Position numbers and translations under genes: made by a program. The notes below the pieces were generated by a model that was not told the DNA's origin, did not search any database, and saw only the letters and a program-made list of their open reading frames with translations. Positions 49,401 through 57,431 of a stretch of 64,000 nt of DNA are shown here, in pieces. Source of the stretch: Desulfomonilia bacterium (GTDB lineage: Bacteria; Desulfobacterota; Desulfomonilia; UBA1062); assembly GCA_050014195.1 (NCBI GenBank), contig JBEKDT010000002.1:358174-422173 (forward strand), in the 5' to 3' direction. Position 1 is the first letter of the stretch; every line of letters starts with the position of its first letter.

Positions 49401-51131
49401 GCTCCGGCCGGAAATTGCTGTTCCACACGGAAGCGATTCCAGGATCAGCCGCTGATAGAGGGGGCTCAAGGCACCTGTTTCAACGATTTCACGTGTGGCC
49501 AGATACGCGGTGCCCATCTGGATGGCATCTGCGCCGAGCATGGCGGCCATGAATGCGGTTTCTCGATTAAAGATACCCCCTGCAAGGATCACGCGGCGGT
49601 TTCTGAACAGGGATGGGTTGCGCTGCTTGAGGTTCAACACCATTTGAGCAAGGGTGAGTACGCTATGCTGTCCCACGTGGCCACCTGCCTCGTATCCTTC
49701 GCAGACCACGTACCGGACACCGGCTTCAAAGGCATGCCTCATCAGGGCCTCATCAGGGGCGATATATATGACCTCGATGCCGCATTCGATCAATTCTCTT
49801 ATGGGGGAAAGATCGCCACCTGCGATCCAGACAAAACGGGGTTTGTGTTTTTTTATCCAGGCCAGATGAGTATCCCTGAAAGGGTTTTCTGCCAGAGAGA
49901 CGACATTCACTGCATAAGGTCGTGCTCCCATAATCTCCGGCAACCTTCCCAGCTTTTTATGAAGGGTCTCCTCATCCATCAGGCCCAGGGCGATGGTGGG
50001 TAACCCCCCTGCATCGGCAACCCTTAAGGCAAACTCGGGGACATCAGTGATGGAAGACATGGCTCCCTGGATAAAGGGGTATCGAATTCCGAGTTCTCCG
50101 GCTACAGGGCTGTCTAAAAAACAATCCTTTTTTGCTTGTGCCAGATCCCATGAGTTTCGAATCTCGGCCATAAAGGCTTTTATGGCCTCCTCTGTTCCGG
50201 TGCCGAAACGCACCACAAAGGACTGGGCAAAGGCAGCCTCTACACCCAGAGGGATGACCTCATCTAGGTTGTAATTACTCTCCAGCGGGTGGATGGCTTT
50301 AGCATGCACATAATCAATAAAAGAAGTGCGGCTTTCTTCCGAGATCTCTTTGGCGCATAGAGAGTCCTCGAGATCCTTGATCTCCTTGAATGCACGAGAG
50401 TTTCCCTTGTTGAAAAGGCGGCAGGGGACCTGCAGATCCAAGCCGACCAGATCGGTAGAGTCCATACGGAGATTTGCAATCCGTTGTCGTTGGAGATCAT
50501 CAATAACTACCAGGTCTGTCAACCAATGGACACTCTCGAAGACGATACCCGTTGCTCCAGTGGACAAAAATGCCGCTGCTGCCTCAGGGGTTGAAATGCC
50601 TCCCCAAATAAGGATTTCAGGAGATATCGGCAATGAGCGCAACATCTCCCTGGCTGCTGAATAAAGGGATAGGGTCGATTCTCCACTCACAAACCCCGAG
50701 GCCTCACATCCTTTCAGAGCAATGTGACTGATTCCCGATCCATCCTTCAGAATGGCTGAGAGGAAATCCAGGTCCCCGATGATAGGAAAGAGGCGGTAGG
50801 TTTCAGATAATTCCTTTAATCTCTGGAGAACAATAAAAGGATCTCCTACCGAGAACCAATGAAGGCATTCTACCCAGATGTTTTGGATCCCTGTTCCCTT
50901 AAGGAACCGGCCCAATGATGAATCAAGCATGGTAGGGATAGATAGTTTGATATCTCTAAAGAGGGTGTCAGGGTTAGCCTTTTGTAAGAAAGAATGCAGT
51001 TCTGCAGCACCCATCATGGAACAATCTAAGATGGCTCTGCTTCCCGTTCGGTGTGCCATCTGGATCACAGATGGGATTGTATCCTTTTGCTGCCAGACGA
51101 AAGCGATGATGGGAGCCTTATTTTCAATCAA
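43455..51131 (-). CDS. Type I iterative PKS/FAS: FabK-like ER (x2)-KS-AT-ACP-KR-DH
   Basis: EGYEAGGHVG (FabK/NMO), KS SAACSTS/ECHAT/IGH, AT FPGQG/GHSLG/AFHS, ACP DLSIRSSRL, KR GGATGI/HGAGILRD/YASAN, DH WIADHMP. Confidence 0.92.
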   Translation of the reverse strand: MIENKAPIIAFVWQQKDTIPSVIQMAHRTGSRAILDCSMMGAAELHSFLQKANPDTLFRDIKLSIPTMLDSSLGRFLKGTGIQNIWVECLHWFSVGDPFIVLQRLKELSETYRLFPIIGDLDFLSAILKDGSGISHIALKGCEASGFVSGESTLSLYSAAREMLRSLPISPEILIWGGISTPEAAAAFLSTGATGIVFESVHWLTDLVVIDDLQRQRIANLRMDSTDLVGLDLQVPCRLFNKGNSRAFKEIKDLEDSLCAKEISEESRTSFIDYVHAKAIHPLESNYNLDEVIPLGVEAAFAQSFVVRFGTGTEEAIKAFMAEIRNSWDLAQAKKDCFLDSPVAGELGIRYPFIQGAMSSITDVPEFALRVADAGGLPTIALGLMDEETLHKKLGRLPEIMGARPYAVNVVSLAENPFRDTHLAWIKKHKPRFVWIAGGDLSPIRELIECGIEVIYIAPDEALMRHAFEAGVRYVVCEGYEAGGHVGQHSVLTLAQMVLNLKQRNPSLFRNRRVILAGGIFNRETAFMAAMLGADAIQMGTAYLATREIVETGALSPLYQRLILESLPCGTAISGRSTGIRVRSLRTPLLAAITSMEREFAASRQDEFSFRRRMEEMTAGSLLVAARGMDRTDKAPLDERACLERGQFMSGSCAGLIHKIQDLHSFHRDLAEGPLMLYKPFEGSIEDISEPLPDKSSKSETPSWGVSHGFKPCSTRGDIHERIAITGMSILNALGKSPEEVWAASLAMKSGITLVPRSRWNHDLFYDPKPLVPDKTYCKVGAFLDLNISRNELGISPQDFRTMTDATKITLWLADKAIRASGILESDIPRERIGVIISQNSGESARTLTDIIIRAYVHDIIPSIKRAINLTPDQELAIEREIRAGRMAPDDTTLLGRLNCAAAGFVCNRYGFMGPSYSVSAACSTSLVALHSAIQMIRNGIIDAAIVGGGEDTLTHLHFLEFSALGALFGLSGQDRPAHETSRPFDAGRDGMVLGEGGGLIVIERESLARDRGAPVHAVITGMGASNNHLGMVESSHVTQEIAIRSSFRELPYGPDAVDLVECHATSTRQGDVEEVRALKTFFDSSKRTVLTSFKSQIGHTLGASGINNLIRGVMAIQKGVFPPTLNYEHPDPEMGLEGSGLLIAPEPFDWKCKDGRPRRLQVNAFGFGGTNYVAHVEQAMDKTDTVLVSPGRRTGLTGENREGLSALQGVSFFRTEMGGRNWRLAVVSQSEEEALTLIERSASLLDAGVVSPKVTRSLAQKRIFMGPEDVPALPLAFVFPGQGSQYERMGRDLYDSFPVIRDWMDRAAAVADFDLLQLLFNDSEENLQKTRWQQPAMFTIEHAMARYLMSLGIKPVAMAGHSLGELTALCLAGVYSPEDGFRIVNKRAICMDKAAGMNVDPGVMAATDAPLDMLQEMIQERDAVHIGNINAPNQVVLSGGTQEVKDLVLKLKEKGYRSTLLRVSMAFHSPIMRVIRDELEEYVASIEFYPPQIPVISNTTMAPYPSDPSEIRRILMAHLESTVHWMNNVRTLSDEYGARIFVELGPGTTLSNLIADTLPEPVCIPTCLSSAEGLTYKTALAQLFVQGHLKAQGEPRFVSLRAFKKTADAHRIEAATASQPSKQKLAGSNPEVNQDHLEALIQIIMDATGFNRDEIEPDMDLRRDLSIRSSRLPVIMDAVERRFGITLEMKDFFDIHTVRDFAQKVTEIVSRYDGLSTRPAAKSAEPGSARDKTLKPSEEEVSLKRLVFNQVPLEPTVSMPIALSPGESILLLSPDRDDEIVRSAGEIFRQDYDAVTYPMLFMQGNPSPGEEGHDIRTNGGAAKAADKISGMPPFSGMIISLGQCGSVADVSLLLRGLFSLLKAFLRSPAKKFVLLIHNSQDAETPSRLLAEAMLGLFLSAAQEYPSVQFRTAEIGPDSNLRTVLSSVLDKGFTVVETIHRDGRVFTSQGYIAPVLLRDLPNPNLKPGDVVVISGGATGISAHLARSLVPFAPRLVLLGRTAVPQDIDPVPEKPSPGPSRSEPSTSVKRASEIAQTLMDLHSSGIEATYYTCDVTDSEAVRATIDKVVSRYGKIDGIVHGAGILRDGLLSEMTEDDFSIVTDVKFLGAWNLFSAAQGAGLRFFIGLSSVAAIQGNPGQANYASANRMMSGLLRYLHRKNPAIRFKALMLPPVEGAGMAEDPEVREFLKWKGVDYIHVNELAGLFCREISMTPADDDWVMFMRRLPSLNTALLNDTIPPSVKGEPNEGAVTFSPEDFPMIDGVSCLDIRGEHLEAFRSFSLEKDLWIADHMPFKFMKDPLVSAAMLVETFMEAARILYPHLQVRGVRGIRFIDTIRCTPWLPRLTRISCRRADASLGEISCEVSLAIQEHSVSGGLPGRLIPYCVGQVILDGGKEYLGNGFPDFPVRMDELRTKPMGHNRILKWYKDFSGLEGRYRVMESLDGACPGVVKGRTVYRETSDFKHLQNTRYQYSPYLFEALLQLANFSNIAMVPSERRSMIPMEIGEMRFFRKCRDGEQIILEARMRKQDEKSLTWDARGIDGQGSTIMQVHGMRMHLVSD

Positions 51132-51283
51132 TACGTCAACACCCTCTTTTCCACTCGGCTCTGTACGAGCGAAGCTAATACTACATGCGTATTATTATAT
51201 AATAAACTGCCCCCCCATTGTCCAGACAAGAACCGACGAGATTGTGGAATAGCTGTCTGAGTATATTCAACATCTATACCCCC

Positions 51284-51311
51284 TTGAATTTTCATATCCG
51301 CTTGCTATATT
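51284..51311 (+). promoter_or_regulatory. Sigma70-type promoter for the PlsA/Ger-like gene
   Basis: TTGAAT-N16-TATATT with TG extended -10. Confidence 0.4.
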
Positions 51312-51413
51312 CATAGCGATTGTTAAAATTATGTTAATAATTACAGCAAGTAAATGATGCACAAAGGGCCGCTTCCTGCTGGATCTTTAGCAAAAGGAAA
51401 AGGGTTTTATGCT

Positions 51414-54400
51414 ATGAAGGGAAACACACTTGGAATAGATGTCGGGTCAGTTGCAATCAGTATTGTAGAGATCACACCTGAGTATACTATCGTTAAAAGT
51501 GCATACCGTCTTCATCGGGGCAAGATTGCAGAAACCCTATGTGAAGCTCTTGATGGTTTGCCCTTATCACGTATCTCGCAAGTCAGCGCCACTTCTTCGA
51601 CACCTTATTTCGTGAAGGCAGGAAAGAGGTACGATAACCAGGTGTGCCTCATTGCCGCACTCCGCCATGTTCGGGGTAATGCAGGCGCCCTCTTGAATAT
51701 CGGCGCAGAACGATTCTCCCTGCTTTTATTCGATGAGAACGGCATGTACAGGAAATGCAAGACCAATTCCTCGTGCGCAGCCGGAACCGGGAGTTTTCTC
51801 GATCAACAGTCCTCCCGGCTCAATCTCGCAGGGATCGAGGAACTGGGAGTTATAGCCTCTACCAATACGGGTGTAATCCCCAAGATCGCCTCGCGCTGTG
51901 CGGTCTTTGCCAAGACAGACCTTATCCATGCACAGCAGGAAGGGTACAGCCTTACTGAGATCTGCGACGCCCTGTGCTACGGGCTGGCAAAAAATATTGT
52001 GGATACCCTTTTCACCGGTGAAGAGGTGAATGAACCCATTGTTGTATGCGGCGGCGTGTCGAAGAACCCTGCTGTGCTCCGGCATATACAAAAACTCATC
52101 GGGAAGGATCTCCTTGTGGATGAGATGTCTCATCTCTATGGGGCATTCGGTGCAGCTGTCCTGCTTACCCCTGAGGCAGCAGGAGAAGTGACGGATATCA
52201 AGTCGCCCAAGGACCTGATCCAGGACATAAAGCCACAGAGAAAATATGCCTGCGCCCCCCTGGAACTGAAGCTGTCCGATTACCCGGATTTTGAGGGTAT
52301 CAGACATTATCCATACGCGGTCAGGACGAGAAAGACCCCTGAGAAGGTCGAGGTGGATGTATATCAGGAGCTGCCAAGAGGCGGGATTGAGAGGGTTTAT
52401 CTCGGCATAGACATCGGCTCCACAAGCACCAAGGCCGTGATGGTCGATGAGCAAAAGAATGTCCTGGCCGGGTTTTACACCTGGACCGCCGGCAGGCCGG
52501 TCGATTCCCTCTGCGCGATTTTTGAGGCAATCGATGATTATATTACCCATGAGGGGATTGCAATCGAGGTGATTGGTGCAGGGACTACAGGCTCGGGCAG
52601 AAAGCTTATCGGCAAGATCATCAATGCGGATATGGTCATTGACGAGATAACGGCTCATGCACGTTCCGCCTGTGAGCTGATGCCCGATGTAGACACTATT
52701 ATCGAGATCGGCGGGCAGGATTCCAAGTTCACTACATTAAGGAACAAGGCAGTCACTTTCTGCGCCATGAACACCATCTGCGCCGCCGGCACAGGTAGCT
52801 TCATCGAAGAGCAGGGCAAAAAAATGGGCTGCCCGCTTGATGAGTATCAGGGAAGGGCAGAGGGCAGAGGAGCCCCCATGGCATCGGACAGATGCACGGT
52901 CTTCATGGAGCGGGACATAAATTATTACTTGAGCGAGGGATACAGCCCCGATGAAGTGCTGGCAACCGCCCTCCACTCCGTGAGGGAAAATTACCTCACA
53001 AAGGTGGCTATTGAGGCAAGCATTGGTGAGACCATATGCTTCCAAGGTGCTACGGCAAAGAACAGGGCCCTTGTGGCGGCCTTTGAGCAGAGGCTCGGCA
53101 AGCCTATCCATGTGTCTCGATACTGCCATCTCACGGGCGCCTTGGGTGTGGCGCTCCTGCTCTTGGATGAAGGTGTAACCTCAGAGCAATTTCGAGGGGT
53201 TAACCTCTATATGAAAGAGATCCCGGTGCATTCCGAGGTCTGTTCGCTGTGCACCAACCACTGCAAGCTGACGGTTGCCGAGCTTGATGGTGAGGAACTG
53301 GCCTACGGGTTCCTCTGCGGGAGGGACTATCATGTCAAAGCGCATATTGATAACAATACCTCCGGATTCGATCTCTTAAAGGCACGGGCAAAGGCGTTTT
53401 CATTCCCGAAGAGAAGTATCCAAGAAGAACGTCTCACCATCGGGATACCCGATGCCCTCCACCTCAGTGAAGACCTGGAGTTCTGGAGGTATTTCTTTGA
53501 TGCACTCTCGATAAAGACCGTAACGAGCAAGGGGTATGTGGATGCCGTCAAAGAGGGGAAGAAGATTTCCGGAGCGGAGTTCTGTGCACCGCTCACGGCA
53601 CTGCACGGCCATGTGGGTTACCTCCTCGGCAAGGCCGATTATGTTTTCCTGCCGTTCTACCTGGAGGACAAGCAGAAGACAAAGGACATAAGGAGGCAGT
53701 ACTGCTACTACACCCAGTATGCACCCTCACTGGCGGCCTCGGCTTTTCCAGGAGAAGAGGGAAGGATTTTAAGGCCTCTCATCAAGTACCTTTACAATGC
53801 ATTCCATGCAAAGGTGCAGCTCTATCGCATGATAAAAACCATCATCGGCAGAAGGGTCGGCTTCTTAGATGTTTCAACGGCCTATGAAAAGGCCCTCGAA
53901 TTCAAGGAGCACTCGCTTGAAGACCTATCCCAACAATTCCAGAGAGAAATTTCAGGTACCGACGGGGTATCGGTCGTACTCCTTGGGAGGCCGTATACCG
54001 TGCTGTCCCCTGTCATGAACAAAGGGATCATCGATCTTTTTGCATCAAAGGGGATCAAGGTCTTTTCTCATGACATGCTCCCGGTGAATGGTCACAAATC
54101 CGATAAGAATCTTATGGAGCTCCTCGATGAGCTTCCCTGGAAGCATGCTGCAAACATCTTGCATGCAGCAGATCTTTCAGCCAAGACCGATGGGCTCTAT
54201 CCTGTCCTGGTGACCTCCTTTCGATGCTCGCCGGATTCCTTTGTGGCAGAGTATTTCAAGAAACTCCTCGATTCATATGCGAAGCCGTATCTCATCCTGC
54301 AGCTCGATGAGCATGATTCGAATGTGGGGTACGAAACCAGGATCGAGGCTGCCATCAGGGCATTCAGGAACCACTTCGTGAGGGTTAGAACACATAAACC

Positions 54401-55652
54401 TCAGGCACCACAAAAGAGTATAATTCCGGTGAAGTCATTTGCAGACAGGACCCTGTATTTCCCGAACTGGGACCATTTGAGCTGCAGGCTTATCGTTGCA
54501 TCACTCAAGCGGGAAGGTATCGATGCGCGGCTTACCGAGGGGAGCGAGTCGAGTCTTCTGACAGGCCTTAAATATAACACCGGCCAGTGCATCCCCATAA
54601 ATATCATGGCCCAGGAATTCATCGATTCCATGCTGAAGCACGATATGGACCCCTCACGGTGCGTGCTGTGGATGTGCAGTGGTACAATCGCATGCAATCT
54701 GAAGATGATCCCGCACCATATCAAAAACATCCTCAACACCCATGGCAAGGGTATGGAACGTGCGGATGTGTACCTTGGAGAGATCTCCATGATGGATATA
54801 TCTTTGCGCGCCACCGTGAACGCATACCTTGCCTTCATGTTCGGGGGCCTGCTCAGAAGGGTCGGGTGCAAGATACGGCCTTATGAAACCGTGAAAGGGA
54901 TGACCGAGAAGGTCATGGAAGATGGTTTACATATCCTCGATGAGGCATTCCAGGGATTACAGTCCAAGGAGGATGCCCTCAAGGAGGTAGTATCTCTCTT
55001 TGAGAAGATTCCTAAGAGGGTAGAGAAAAGGCCCCAGGTGGCGATCTTCGGTGATGCCTATGTCAGGGACAATGATTTTGCCAACCAGGGTCTCATCCGT
55101 TTCATCGAGGAACAGGGCGGGGAGGTCATTACCACCCCGGACATTTCTTTCTTAAAGATGATCGCAAGCCCGTATTTTAAGAAGTGGATTATTGAAGGCG
55201 AGTATCTCTTTGCCATCTTATCGAAGGCATATTGGACCGCCTTAGAGCTCATCGAAAGAAAATACTACCGGTACTTCGAGACAATCCTGAACGAGCCCGT
55301 CCATGAGTATAGAGACTCTACGCAGAAGATCCTTGCAGGATACAACCTCCTGCCGGAACATACCGGAGAATCGATGGAAAACATTATAAAAAGCCACTAT
55401 ATCAAGAAGTATCACCCCGATGTCTCCCTTTTCGTCCATACAAGCCCGGCATTCTGCTGTCCGGCCTTGGTTACCGATGCCCTGGCAAAGAAGATCGAGG
55501 AGACGACCGGGGTCCCTATGGTGAATATCACCTATGACGGTACGTGCAGTGCAAAAAACAGCGCAGTGATCCCTTATCTCGCATTTTCAGACAAAGAGGC
55601 GAAGCGGCATGTACATGACATGGGCCGGATTGAACGATTTTTAGGAAAATAA
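51414..55652 (+). CDS. Fused CoA-activase x2 + DUF2229 + dehydratase-like protein (PlsA/Ger plasmalogen/ether-lipid synthase architecture)
   Basis: Two ASKHA domains (GIDVGS/GIDIGSTSTK, each with CAAGTG and RC[AT]VF), EFCAP, FRCSPDS, DEH...ETRIEA, QCIP, PAFCCP; about 1410 aa. Confidence 0.8.
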   Translation: MKGNTLGIDVGSVAISIVEITPEYTIVKSAYRLHRGKIAETLCEALDGLPLSRISQVSATSSTPYFVKAGKRYDNQVCLIAALRHVRGNAGALLNIGAERFSLLLFDENGMYRKCKTNSSCAAGTGSFLDQQSSRLNLAGIEELGVIASTNTGVIPKIASRCAVFAKTDLIHAQQEGYSLTEICDALCYGLAKNIVDTLFTGEEVNEPIVVCGGVSKNPAVLRHIQKLIGKDLLVDEMSHLYGAFGAAVLLTPEAAGEVTDIKSPKDLIQDIKPQRKYACAPLELKLSDYPDFEGIRHYPYAVRTRKTPEKVEVDVYQELPRGGIERVYLGIDIGSTSTKAVMVDEQKNVLAGFYTWTAGRPVDSLCAIFEAIDDYITHEGIAIEVIGAGTTGSGRKLIGKIINADMVIDEITAHARSACELMPDVDTIIEIGGQDSKFTTLRNKAVTFCAMNTICAAGTGSFIEEQGKKMGCPLDEYQGRAEGRGAPMASDRCTVFMERDINYYLSEGYSPDEVLATALHSVRENYLTKVAIEASIGETICFQGATAKNRALVAAFEQRLGKPIHVSRYCHLTGALGVALLLLDEGVTSEQFRGVNLYMKEIPVHSEVCSLCTNHCKLTVAELDGEELAYGFLCGRDYHVKAHIDNNTSGFDLLKARAKAFSFPKRSIQEERLTIGIPDALHLSEDLEFWRYFFDALSIKTVTSKGYVDAVKEGKKISGAEFCAPLTALHGHVGYLLGKADYVFLPFYLEDKQKTKDIRRQYCYYTQYAPSLAASAFPGEEGRILRPLIKYLYNAFHAKVQLYRMIKTIIGRRVGFLDVSTAYEKALEFKEHSLEDLSQQFQREISGTDGVSVVLLGRPYTVLSPVMNKGIIDLFASKGIKVFSHDMLPVNGHKSDKNLMELLDELPWKHAANILHAADLSAKTDGLYPVLVTSFRCSPDSFVAEYFKKLLDSYAKPYLILQLDEHDSNVGYETRIEAAIRAFRNHFVRVRTHKPQAPQKSIIPVKSFADRTLYFPNWDHLSCRLIVASLKREGIDARLTEGSESSLLTGLKYNTGQCIPINIMAQEFIDSMLKHDMDPSRCVLWMCSGTIACNLKMIPHHIKNILNTHGKGMERADVYLGEISMMDISLRATVNAYLAFMFGGLLRRVGCKIRPYETVKGMTEKVMEDGLHILDEAFQGLQSKEDALKEVVSLFEKIPKRVEKRPQVAIFGDAYVRDNDFANQGLIRFIEEQGGEVITTPDISFLKMIASPYFKKWIIEGEYLFAILSKAYWTALELIERKYYRYFETILNEPVHEYRDSTQKILAGYNLLPEHTGESMENIIKSHYIKKYHPDVSLFVHTSPAFCCPALVTDALAKKIEETTGVPMVNITYDGTCSAKNSAVIPYLAFSDKEAKRHVHDMGRIERFLGK

Positions 55653-55659
55653 TAAATGG

Positions 55660-55917
55660 TTATACTCTCCCCTTCTGTGCCTTGCAGATACCCCATCGCA
55701 TAATCAGCTCGACGATGAAAGGGAAGTGCCGCTTCATGAAATAGATGAATTTTCCATCTGCACCGGGGATAATGATGAAGGTACCGCGTTTGATGCCCTC
55801 GATAAGCGCCCTGGCGACTTCATCCGGGTGCAGGATCAACTTTTTCCTGATCAATTTTTAAACCGGCTGCGGCAGGACCCCGGCTTTCTCCGCCACGGGT
55901 TTTATCATGAGGCTCAT
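55660..55917 (-). pseudogene. Deletion remnant: N-terminal stub, in-frame TAA, then SDR C-terminus (3-ketodihydrosphingosine-reductase-like)
   Basis: RBS AGGAG-ATG MSLMIKPVAEK...PV* then LHPDEVARALIEGIKRGTFIIIPGADGKFIYFMKRHFP, an SDR-type tail. Confidence 0.55.
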
Positions 55918-57166
55918 CCTGCCTTCTCCTGAACGATGCAAGCGGACTGAGGGGAGGATTCATCGTGATCAGGTTCATTTTATTTCCTAAAGACCTGCAG
56001 CAATCCAGAAGGTAATCGATCTGCTCCCTGGTATGGGAGGCCATTACGGTGAATCTAATCCTGGACTGGTTTCTCCTTACAGCAGGCCATCTGACGCATG
56101 GCCCGTATATCCCGTAGTCAACCAGACGCCGGGAGAATTCCACCCCTTTATCGTCTTTGCCGATCAATATGGGGATGATCTGGGTCTCGCTGGAAAAGGT
56201 ATTGAACCCCAGATTCTTAAAGCCTTCCTTCAAATGGTTGGTATTCTCCCATAACTTCGTTCTTAAAGTCGGGTCGTTTTCCATGAGATCGATTGCGGCA
56301 ATAATGGTTGCAGCCGTGACCGGGGGCATGGCTGCCGAGAACATATACGACCGGGAAGCTACCCGGAGATAACGTATCAGATCCTCCGATCCTACTACAT
56401 ACCCACCCACAGCTCCAACGGATTTGCTGAAAGTTCCCATTATGATGTCAATGTCCTCCATGGGTTTCAGGTGAAAATGTTCAATAGTCCCGTGTCCATG
56501 GGCTCCGAGAACGCCTGTGGCATGGGCTTCATCCACCATGGTGACCGCATCATATTTCTTCGCCAGGTATGCTATCTGATCGAGAGGGGCGATATCACCA
56601 TCCATGCTGAAGACACCGTCGGTTATTATAAGCTTGCGCCTGCGGCGATGGCGTTTCAGCTTTGCTTCCAGAACATTCATATCCTTGTGAGGATACACCA
56701 CGGTCCTTGCCCCGCTCAATCTACACCCGTCAATAATGCTTGCATGATTCAAGTCGTCGGAAAAAACCATGCCTCTTCTCATGAAGAAATAACGGGGAGA
56801 AATCTTCAGCAGGTCGAGGAACCCTGATATGGCACCGATATTCGCTGAATAACCGGTGGGAAATATAATGGCTGCCTCTCCGCCCTTAAAAGCGGCTATT
56901 TTCCGTTCTGCCTCCTCATGGATCTTGAGGTTTCCGGATAAGAGGCGGGAACCTCCCGAACCTGTCCCGTATTTTTCAATAGCCTCATGGGCTGCTTCCT
57001 TGATTTCGGGATGGGATGTAAGCCCCAGGTAATTATTGGAAGAGAACATCAATAACTTTTTTCCATTCACAAAAACTTCAGGGTTTGCTCCGCCGTCAAT
57101 AACGGGGATATCCGGATAGATCTGTTTCTTCTCTGCCAATTTATTAAAAGCGCGGATATACTTCAT
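55820..57166 (-). CDS. PLP-dependent alpha-oxoamine synthase, serine palmitoyltransferase-like
   Basis: SNNYLGL, GSGGSRLLSG, NHASIIDG, DGVFSMDGD, DEAH, GTFSKSVG (PLP Lys), SRSYMFSA. Confidence 0.85.
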   Translation of the reverse strand: MKYIRAFNKLAEKKQIYPDIPVIDGGANPEVFVNGKKLLMFSSNNYLGLTSHPEIKEAAHEAIEKYGTGSGGSRLLSGNLKIHEEAERKIAAFKGGEAAIIFPTGYSANIGAISGFLDLLKISPRYFFMRRGMVFSDDLNHASIIDGCRLSGARTVVYPHKDMNVLEAKLKRHRRRRKLIITDGVFSMDGDIAPLDQIAYLAKKYDAVTMVDEAHATGVLGAHGHGTIEHFHLKPMEDIDIIMGTFSKSVGAVGGYVVGSEDLIRYLRVASRSYMFSAAMPPVTAATIIAAIDLMENDPTLRTKLWENTNHLKEGFKNLGFNTFSSETQIIPILIGKDDKGVEFSRRLVDYGIYGPCVRWPAVRRNQSRIRFTVMASHTREQIDYLLDCCRSLGNKMNLITMNPPLSPLASFRRRQDEPHDKTRGGESRGPAAAGLKIDQEKVDPAPG

Positions 57167-57329
57167 CTGATAAGACCTCCCATTTTTAGGGGTAACCGCA
57201 ACATTCGCTCTACCAGGTGCCTGAGATCTCGTCCAAGCCTATCCATCTTCAAGACAAACAGTGGGTCACCTTCTCGTAAAGACTTCAGATCAGCATCCAA
57301 GCCATAGACACCGATTCTCCGGGAAAACA

Positions 57330-57400
57330 GCGTGCAATGCAGGTGGGACGGCAGAATATGCCCGTGGTCTTCACCCCTACAATGAAGATACCTTTCAAAG
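57330..57400 (-). pseudogene. 70-bp relic of an ada N-terminal Zn-binding segment
   Basis: Matches 27563-27632 with 4 substitutions and a 1-nt indel; encodes GIFIVGVKTTGIFCRPTCIAR. Confidence 0.8.
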
Positions 57401-57431
57401 AAGAAACGCTATTGTTATTTTCATACCTCGC

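Noticed and set aside
51726-52658. 310-aa antisense ORF
   Set aside because: Shadow of the PlsA/Ger-like gene.
55820-57166. Calling the oxoamine synthase bioF or kbl
   Set aside because: No biotin or tdh genes nearby and the motifs lean towards SPT; the symbol is withheld because motifs alone cannot settle it.
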